Shown here piece by piece: positions 57,607-64,000 of a stretch of DNA of 64,000 nucleotides. The translations under genes were made by a program, and so were the position numbers. How positions within the stretch are numbered: position 1 is the stretch's first letter; each line of letters begins with the position of its first letter. The DNA comes from a virus, in the IMG/VR virus record IMGVR_UViG_3300028837_000518, positions 32,001 through 96,000 of that record; one strand, written 5' to 3'. Under the pieces are notes generated by a model. The model searched no databases and was not told the origin of the DNA. It saw nothing but the letters and a program-made list of their open reading frames with translations.

Positions 57607-58554
57607 ATGAAAAATGATCGCTCGCTTATGTTTAGAATGCCTGAAAATCTTTTTCAGGTTCTCGAAAATTATGCCAGCGAATTACACGTAAGTAAATCAG
57701 AGTTCATGCGAGGTATGCTACGAACTTTAGCATCCAATAAGGCTATAGAACCAGAAGACTTTGCCAAAGAAATTAAAGCTGATATTGTGTCTACCAAAGA
57801 ACCTCCCAACATAGAGGGTCATATCGTCTCAACACGGGTACCACTCGGGCACCATGATATAATTTCTAGTTATGCTGATACAAAAAATACCTCAGTTTCA
57901 GCCATTGTACGCGCTTTAATCAGGGCTTTTGCTGAGGGTAAAACCACAATTTCTAGTAACTTGCCAGTCAGACAACATGTTCGGAAACAAACGAATCCAG
58001 ATAGCGAAGGAGTTTATAGAAGTCAAAGTAAGTGGGCTAATGCAGTAAAATCACGCGATAACTATTGCTGTGTTGAATGTGGAGATCAAGGGCCAGTTGT
58101 AGCTCATCATATCATTTTTATTGAGAGTGGTGGGGAACACACATTAGAAAATGGCATGACTCTCTGTCATCCCTGTCATAGCAAGAAACATACAGTTGAC
58201 GACTACATAGGCATAGACGTTCCCAATGCCTGGAAAACCAGGGAGAGAAATTATAAAGGTAACCATGGTGGCGAGACAGAAGCATTCTGGAAGGAGCAAT
58301 TGGCCCGTCTAAACACTCGCCGATGTATCAAGTGGACAAGGATAACTAAGAGGTATATTAACACGTTTCTACAAGATATACCTGAACACGTTGTCAAAAG
58401 AACAGTCATTACGCTGTGTCCAGACCCGCGCGCTATTAAACAGAAACCCGTAGAGTCATTCATACCTTATAAGGAAGAGCTTACGCCACCAACTTTGATT
58501 TGGTTAGAGGGAGAACAAGATGCGAGCACCAAGGAAGAATCTATCAATACATAA
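57607..58554 (+). CDS. tandem RHH-like domains fused to an HNH endonuclease
   Basis: SKSEFMR and SVSAIVR repeats; CVECG..AHHI..GG..NGMTLCHPCH..H. Confidence 0.8.
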   Translation: MKNDRSLMFRMPENLFQVLENYASELHVSKSEFMRGMLRTLASNKAIEPEDFAKEIKADIVSTKEPPNIEGHIVSTRVPLGHHDIISSYADTKNTSVSAIVRALIRAFAEGKTTISSNLPVRQHVRKQTNPDSEGVYRSQSKWANAVKSRDNYCCVECGDQGPVVAHHIIFIESGGEHTLENGMTLCHPCHSKKHTVDDYIGIDVPNAWKTRERNYKGNHGGETEAFWKEQLARLNTRRCIKWTRITKRYINTFLQDIPEHVVKRTVITLCPDPRAIKQKPVESFIPYKEELTPPTLIWLEGEQDASTKEESINT

Positions 58555-58705
58555 AGACACCCATAAGTTACTAAAAGTCATTGCGCTATTCCAAGAGGAA
58601 ACAATCACGAGTCTTATACATCGACTGGCGCTAAAGGAAGCTAGAAGAATCGGCGAAGAAACAATCCTTCAGCATCTAGCATCACTTCTTCCGAGGGAGA
58701 TATAA
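58520..58705 (+). CDS. small RHH-like DNA-binding protein
   Basis: NLSIHKDTHKLLK..ITSLIHRL. Confidence 0.55.
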   Translation: MRAPRKNLSIHKDTHKLLKVIALFQEETITSLIHRLALKEARRIGEETILQHLASLLPREI

Positions 58706-58992
58706 TGCAGTATGAGGACGTAAAAGTAAGACCTGCGACACATCAGAAACTTCTAATGTTGCGCAAAGCTACTAGTTTACCCATGGTAAGAATTATTGAT
58801 GCAATGACTGATAAAGCTATGCTGATGGTAATGGGCGAGATCGCACCAGAGCTACAGATCAATTGGGGTCGGCAAACGAAAAATGCGCTAGAAGCTCTTG
58901 CGGAAGCACAAAAAGAATCAATTGAGACCAAAGAGCCGCTAATGTGGATTTTTATGAAAAAGATGGGTATGAACAGGAATGAAGATGAATAA
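58705..58992 (+). CDS. RHH-like DNA-binding protein
   Basis: VKVRPATHQKL..MVRIID. Confidence 0.5.
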   Translation: MQYEDVKVRPATHQKLLMLRKATSLPMVRIIDAMTDKAMLMVMGEIAPELQINWGRQTKNALEALAEAQKESIETKEPLMWIFMKKMGMNRNEDE

Positions 58993-59042
58993 ACAGCAAG
59001 GCTTGCTTGACAATAACGAACACATACGGTCTTTGCGAATTT

Positions 59043-59071
59043 TTGACAAAAAGAGGACAATGTGCTAGAAT
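59043..59071 (+). promoter_or_regulatory. sigma70 promoter for the replication/recombination block
   Basis: TTGACA-17 bp-TAGAAT with extended TG, same design as 12344. Confidence 0.7.
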
Positions 59072-59111
59072 CATTCCCCCTGCTTTATCCCGCACCAACA
59101 AGTGGGCGCTT

Positions 59112-59711
59112 ATGGTACAATCACAAGAAGTAGAACAAGATCGGAAACTTCATCTCTTTAGCCCCGCAGCTAGTCCTGGCGGGGCATCTATACCTGTGGC
59201 TAGTAGAGTATCAACGGAACTATACGACACTATCACACGGCTCGTAGAACATCCCAACAGTCCCTGGGATACAAAGGCCGAGTTTATGCGCGATGCACTT
59301 GATAACTTCATAGACTTTGTGGCCGGCGGTGTTAGTGATGGAACAGCAATACCGCAAATCATAATGTTAGTCAGAGTACTACGAGATCGTAGCGAACAAT
59401 CCACAACACTTAGAAAGCTATCAAGGAGCGTTTATGATACTCTTGAAGAACTAGAAATCTATTATAGAGATAGGGACCTTGCCAAGCTAGCTATACGAAT
59501 GGAAGAGACTGCCGAAACAATACAGGCAATAGAGGATTACTTCTGGTTCAGACGAGCTATAGAAGGGTTATTTTCCAGTTCTATAACAGTTAAGATTATG
59601 GAGGCATTGGAACGCAGCAACAATATCGGTCCAAGTGCAAAAGCTATTTGGCAGACCTGGCAAAATCTGAGGGAGGAAATACCCAGTGAAGCCACCGCAA
59701 AAACCGAGTGA
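59112..59711 (+). CDS. RHH/CopG-like regulator
   Basis: VASRVS..TKAEFMRDAL. Confidence 0.55.
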   Translation: MVQSQEVEQDRKLHLFSPAASPGGASIPVASRVSTELYDTITRLVEHPNSPWDTKAEFMRDALDNFIDFVAGGVSDGTAIPQIIMLVRVLRDRSEQSTTLRKLSRSVYDTLEELEIYYRDRDLAKLAIRMEETAETIQAIEDYFWFRRAIEGLFSSSITVKIMEALERSNNIGPSAKAIWQTWQNLREEIPSEATAKTE

Positions 59712-61254
59712 TTTAGGTTTTCCAGAGTTTGAGGAATTCAGACCTGGTCAAGCTGAGATTATTGCCGAGATTGTTAACATTTTCCAAAGCGGCAAAAGAA
59801 TCATAATCTTAGAAGCGCCGACTGGTAGTGGTAAAAGTCTCATTGCTATGTCGGTTATTGCCGCACTGAATCAACGTGCGGTAATAACAACACAGACTAA
59901 ACAACTGGCTTCGCAGTATCACGACGCTCACCCGACCACTACCGTTATTCAGGGGCGAGAGAATTACCAGTGTGCACTACAGCCCGAGTTACCTTGCGCT
60001 ATAGGTCCATGTATAGCAGCAAGTTTTGAGTGTGCAAGCAAGAAGTCAATTTGCCCCTACTACCTTGCCAAACAAGACGCACTAAAGTCACCATGTGCCA
60101 TTATGAACATTTGGTACTTTATGTATGAAGCCAACTACGTGGGCGGATTCTCTAATAGAGACTTGTTAGTAATAGATGAGGGGCACTTGCTAGAGAGTGC
60201 ACTAATGAGTTTTATTTCCATCGAACTATCTAAGCGGCAGCTTACGCTTCTCGGCTGCGAACTGCCGTCGTTACAAACTACGCAGCAAGTAAGTATGTGG
60301 GCAGAGAACGTAATGCCCAAACTCCAAAGTATGCTTGCTGATGCTATTTACGAAGATAACCCACGGCGATATAGAAACTTACAAACACAGAATAAAAGAG
60401 TACAAAGTATAGCAAGCACTGACTTAAGTAAGTGGATACTAACGAAGACCTATCATGGTTACACGTTAAAGCCGGTTTGGGTTACAACTTATGGTAACCC
60501 GGCTATCTTTCAACACGCTAGTAAAATCCTAATAATGTCAGCTACAATTAGAGACGCCAAGCAGTACTGTAAGTGCTTGGGTATACCACAAAGTTCACTG
60601 CATTACATGGAAGCCCCATCACACTTTCCCAAAGAACACAGACCAATAAACTTTTGGCCTGTTGCCAAGATAGGTTATAAGTCAACCCCACGTGACTATA
60701 GTAAGCTTGTAAAAGCTATTGATACTATTTTGGAACTTCATAGGGGCGATAAGGGAATCTTGCACACTGTCTCATATAAACTGCTAAAGAAAATTGTAGC
60801 TGCTTCACGACATAATGGCCGTATACTAACACATGATTATAAAAATAGGGAGGAAGTTATAAGAAGGTTTAAAGAGTCTAAGAGAAACCCTGTTCTAGCA
60901 TCACCATCTATTGGTATTGGATTGGACTTACCAGATGATGAATCACGATTTTGTATTATTGCCAAAGTGCCCTGGCAAGATATGTCGGATGAACAAGTAA
61001 AGAAACGTGTTAATGATGATCGTGGCTGGTACTCTTGGAATACAGCTTGTGCAATGATACAAATGAGTGGGCGGTGTATAAGGTCGGATACCGATTACGC
61101 CACCACTTATCTACTTGACGGACATGCTGGATGGTTTATGCAAAGGAATGCACGACTATTCCCAATTTGGTGGAGGGAATCTGTATACCATGTAGAAAAA
61201 CCGTCGCAGTTTGTTCTTCCTCGCACTGTAATGCAACCCAAACTAGCCTGGTAG
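59686..61254 (+). CDS. DinG/XPD-family SF2 helicase with Fe-S-type Cys cluster
   Basis: FRPGQ, APTGSGKS, GRENYQC..C..C..CPY, DEGH, MSAT, QMSGRCIRS. Confidence 0.9.
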   Translation: MKPPQKPSDLGFPEFEEFRPGQAEIIAEIVNIFQSGKRIIILEAPTGSGKSLIAMSVIAALNQRAVITTQTKQLASQYHDAHPTTTVIQGRENYQCALQPELPCAIGPCIAASFECASKKSICPYYLAKQDALKSPCAIMNIWYFMYEANYVGGFSNRDLLVIDEGHLLESALMSFISIELSKRQLTLLGCELPSLQTTQQVSMWAENVMPKLQSMLADAIYEDNPRRYRNLQTQNKRVQSIASTDLSKWILTKTYHGYTLKPVWVTTYGNPAIFQHASKILIMSATIRDAKQYCKCLGIPQSSLHYMEAPSHFPKEHRPINFWPVAKIGYKSTPRDYSKLVKAIDTILELHRGDKGILHTVSYKLLKKIVAASRHNGRILTHDYKNREEVIRRFKESKRNPVLASPSIGIGLDLPDDESRFCIIAKVPWQDMSDEQVKKRVNDDRGWYSWNTACAMIQMSGRCIRSDTDYATTYLLDGHAGWFMQRNARLFPIWWRESVYHVEKPSQFVLPRTVMQPKLAW

Positions 61255-61283
61255 GTTGCTTTGCAGATATATAAGGAGTAATA

Positions 61284-61955
61284 ATGACCGATCAGAACGC
61301 AGTACCGAAGAAATGGTTTGAAGAGACACCTGATAGTATTGTTGTGCTTGTTTCGGGCCTTGATATTATCCCCACACAACGCTTCAATAGAGAGGGTGAG
61401 CAGGAGCTCATGGACACCATTGTTCTGCAATGCGATGACCTCACTGGGCGATTTCCTGATGGCACCACACAGTGGTTTACGCCCAGCAACCACCCTAACA
61501 GTAAGTGGCAGAAGTGGCTCAAGGTTGTAAAGGCCAAGAGTGGAGTGAAGGTGCGGAGCTCTAAGGACCTAGTGGGCCGATACTTCATAGCCGAGTTCCA
61601 TCAGTGGGAGTGGGGTGGCGGCCTGCCAGCTAGTCGCGTACTTGAACTTGTCGAGGAGTTGCCGGGCCTAGAAGTCGCTGAGACTAAGGCTCGTGAGTTC
61701 GGTGGAGGTTCTACAACGAGTTCAACAGGAGCTACTTTCGATGACCTTACAGATGAACAGAAAGTAGTTATCGAGCTTATTGACGGCAAGACCTACGAGG
61801 CATTTTTAACCGAAGCCGTCACTGACGCAAGGGTTTCCAGTAACCCAGCGCTGCTAACACGACTTGTAGACCCTCAGAGACTATTGGTTGAGGCGATGAT
61901 TGACCTTGGTTACCTCAACCTCAATGATGACGAGACATATTCGGCATCACAGTAG
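61284..61955 (+). CDS. hypothetical protein, possibly ssDNA-binding
   Basis: AAGGAG RBS, beta-rich N-half, acidic tail, between helicase and nuclease. Confidence 0.55.
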   Translation: MTDQNAVPKKWFEETPDSIVVLVSGLDIIPTQRFNREGEQELMDTIVLQCDDLTGRFPDGTTQWFTPSNHPNSKWQKWLKVVKAKSGVKVRSSKDLVGRYFIAEFHQWEWGGGLPASRVLELVEELPGLEVAETKAREFGGGSTTSSTGATFDDLTDEQKVVIELIDGKTYEAFLTEAVTDARVSSNPALLTRLVDPQRLLVEAMIDLGYLNLNDDETYSASQ

Positions 61956-61962
61956 TTTACCA

Positions 61963-62001
61963 TTCATCCTCTCGTCAAACCAGGCTTGGCGAGAGGATGA
62001 A
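61963..62001 (+). terminator. strong hairpin (terminator or processing site)
   Basis: TTCATCCTCTCGTCAA/TTGGCGAGAGGATGAA. Confidence 0.55.
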
Positions 62002-62015
62002 AACATAGGAGATTA

Positions 62016-62678
62016 ATGATCCTTGTAGATAAGTTTGAACCACAAGAAGTACTAGAGGCCCTAAGCGAACACGCCCGGCAAGCATCAATGGATACAGGTG
62101 ATTACGCCTTTACTACATGTAGTGGGCAAAGCGTACTTATAGAGCGCAAGCAAGTTAGTGACCTTCTACACTCTCTAAGCACAGGCCGACTAATGGATCA
62201 ATTACGCCGCATCATCATAGAAAGTGATATTCCCATCCTACTCGTCGAGGGATTCATCACAATTACTAAAGATGGCTTTGTACGATACAGGGCTGGTAAG
62301 TCAAGGTGGCGCTATACCTCCGTACAAAATCTAATCTTAACAGCACAGTTATCAGGTGTTTATCTTATTCAGTCACCAAGTCAATATAATACGCCGCGAA
62401 TAATTCTTAGTCTTTATAAGTACTTTCAGAAGCCAGAACATACTAGCTTAGTACGGCAGAAAGTCTTTACCGTTTTCCCCAAAGATAGAGATTATAAGCG
62501 TGCTGAAATGCTTATGAGTTTACCAGGTGTGGGCGTAGAAATTGCTACACGGATGGTAGAGAGATTTGGTACGCCAATGACAGCATTTAGCGCATCAGAT
62601 GAAGAGCTAAATGAAGTAGGTGGTCTTGGCCCTAAAAAAATCAAAGCCATAAGAAAGTTTCTCGATGACCCTCGATAG
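62016..62678 (+). CDS. ERCC4/XPF nuclease with HhH2 tail
   Basis: VDxxE, GDY, IERKQVSD, GRLMDQ, LPGVG, VGGLGPKK. Confidence 0.9.
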   Translation: MILVDKFEPQEVLEALSEHARQASMDTGDYAFTTCSGQSVLIERKQVSDLLHSLSTGRLMDQLRRIIIESDIPILLVEGFITITKDGFVRYRAGKSRWRYTSVQNLILTAQLSGVYLIQSPSQYNTPRIILSLYKYFQKPEHTSLVRQKVFTVFPKDRDYKRAEMLMSLPGVGVEIATRMVERFGTPMTAFSASDEELNEVGGLGPKKIKAIRKFLDDPR

Positions 62679-63051
62679 GCCCGATAACTATAATGAACGC
62701 CTTCACTACCTTGTGGCTAAGTATGTAATGGGATGGGAACTAAAACATATACAAGAAGGGTGTCCTAATTACACGGATTATGGAATGTGGTGGCACTACC
62801 TTACATTTCCGTATAAACATAAGAGTTGGTGGAGACCCACGCATGAAGATGGCGACACGGAGGAAGTACTAAAAAGACTACACAAGCTAGGTTATGACGT
62901 ACACATAGTTCGATTTGCTGAATCACATTACTGGGAGTGTATTATACACATACCGGCAGGACTTAGTTTTACTGCAAGACATAAAATAAGAGGACATGCT
63001 ATCTGTCTTGCAGCATGTTTGGCAGTGGGGTTAAAGGTAACTACATGTTAG
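62665..63051 (+). CDS. ABA-sandwich-like phage protein
   Basis: LVAKYVMGW..AICLAACLAVG. Confidence 0.55.
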   Translation: MTLDRPDNYNERLHYLVAKYVMGWELKHIQEGCPNYTDYGMWWHYLTFPYKHKSWWRPTHEDGDTEEVLKRLHKLGYDVHIVRFAESHYWECIIHIPAGLSFTARHKIRGHAICLAACLAVGLKVTTC

Positions 63052-64000
63052 ACCACCTCTCGTACTCTAGTATAGTAAGATTTATTATGTGTCCTAGGTC
63101 ATGGGAATACCACTATATTCACCGTATCGCACGCCCAGTTTCTAGCGCACTCTTTGTGGGAAGTTGTACGCACGGTGCCCTAGAGCATAACTATAAACAG
63201 AAAGTGTTAACGCATGAGGACTTGCCAGTAGATGAAGTTCTACAGTGGTTCTCAGATCGGTGGGACACTTTGGACCCATCAGTGGGGCGTCCCGCAAGCA
63301 GTACCGGCGCTGAATCATTGGGTATAGACTGGAAAAACAAAGACCCAGGCCTTGAGAAAGACATGGGTGTAGCCATGGTTGGTAAGTATCAGAAAACAAT
63401 AGCCAAGACCGTACAGCCTGTAGTTGCTGAACTTGGCTGGAGTCGGAAAGTAGATGATATGAAAATCATCGGTCGCGTAGACCTTATTGATGATAACGCT
63501 ATCGTTACAGACTTTAAAACAGCAAGCCGGCGACCGCGAAGAGGTAGCTGGCATACAGACTTACAACCAACATTCTATGCACTTGGTATGAAAAGCGCAA
63601 TAGTTTTTGAGTATCATTACATGCTTAAGTTAAAATCGCCAGCTGTAGAAAAGTACCGCACGCAACGAACGAAATCTGACATAGAATGGATAGTGAAAGT
63701 ACTTATACCGCCAATCGTAAAAAGCATTCGCCGAGGTATATTCTTCCCTAACACGCAAACATGGAAGTGTTTCTCGCTAGATACTGAAGTACTAACTAAT
63801 AATGGATGGAAGGGGTATAATAGCTTATCTTATCAGGATGATGTTTTAACCCTAAATCAGCAGACGGGTTTTCTAGAGTGGCAAAAACCCTATGCCATCT
63901 TTACACGGAAGTATAATCAACCTAAGCGAATAGTATCATTCGATGGTAGGACAATTAGCTTTAGTGTTACACCAGATCACCTAATGCTGAGTCGTTCCTG
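63045..64000 (+). CDS. PD-(D/E)XK RecB/Cas4-like exonuclease, partial, with intein (not in the ORF track)
   Basis: HLSYSSI..CPRSW..GSCTH..GRVDLID..DFKT..LQPTFY; open to the window end. Confidence 0.85.
   Translation, partial: MLDHLSYSSIVRFIMCPRSWEYHYIHRIARPVSSALFVGSCTHGALEHNYKQKVLTHEDLPVDEVLQWFSDRWDTLDPSVGRPASSTGAESLGIDWKNKDPGLEKDMGVAMVGKYQKTIAKTVQPVVAELGWSRKVDDMKIIGRVDLIDDNAIVTDFKTASRRPRRGSWHTDLQPTFYALGMKSAIVFEYHYMLKLKSPAVEKYRTQRTKSDIEWIVKVLIPPIVKSIRRGIFFPNTQTWKCFSLDTEVLTNNGWKGYNSLSYQDDVLTLNQQTGFLEWQKPYAIFTRKYNQPKRIVSFDGRTISFSVTPDHLMLSRS
63768..64000 (+). mobile_element. intein N-terminus (truncated by the window end)
   Basis: WK|CFSLDTEVLTNNGW..VTPDH. Confidence 0.85.

Noticed and set aside
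37-63554. Minus-strand ORFs in the six-frame track
   Set aside because: They overlap well-supported plus-strand genes or RNAs and show no recognisable motifs; treated as shadow ORFs.
63045-64000. CRISPR-associated Cas4
   Set aside because: No cas1/cas2 or array; stand-alone PD-(D/E)XK exonucleases are common in phage replication modules.

Overview
This window is about 64 kb of a large dsDNA virus, or possibly a decaying prophage. It covers the early/middle region: dense, almost all on the + strand, with more than 100 mostly small ORFs and no capsid, tail, terminase or integrase genes. An anaerobic Chloroflexota-like host is inferred from (F/Y)LPL(I/V) tails and a class III RNR. Two systems stand out. 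(1) At 12.3-15.8 kb, a sigma70 promoter precedes one ORF bracketed by an inverted repeat, then six Y-RNA-like ncRNAs interleaved with tRNA-Val/Ala/Gly, then a Ro60/Rsr (TROVE) gene. The six RNAs share the GGUCG..GGUUA..UUA(U/A)C architecture, with covarying stems and variable loops. (2) At 2-5 kb lies a four-gene ubiquitin-like conjugation operon (E2-like, JAB, E1/ThiF, Ubl). The window also holds two RNA ligases, three atypical tRNA-like RNAs, tRNA-Thr and tRNA-Trp, four inteins, five DNA methyltransferases, four Ocr-like paralogs, a glycosyltransferase/radical-SAM cluster, ThyX, NrdD, RuvB, ClpP, a DinG/XPD helicase, and XPF and PD-(D/E)XK nucleases. At least nine in-frame nonsense codons interrupt accessory genes. 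All calls come from reading motifs by eye; no database searches were run.
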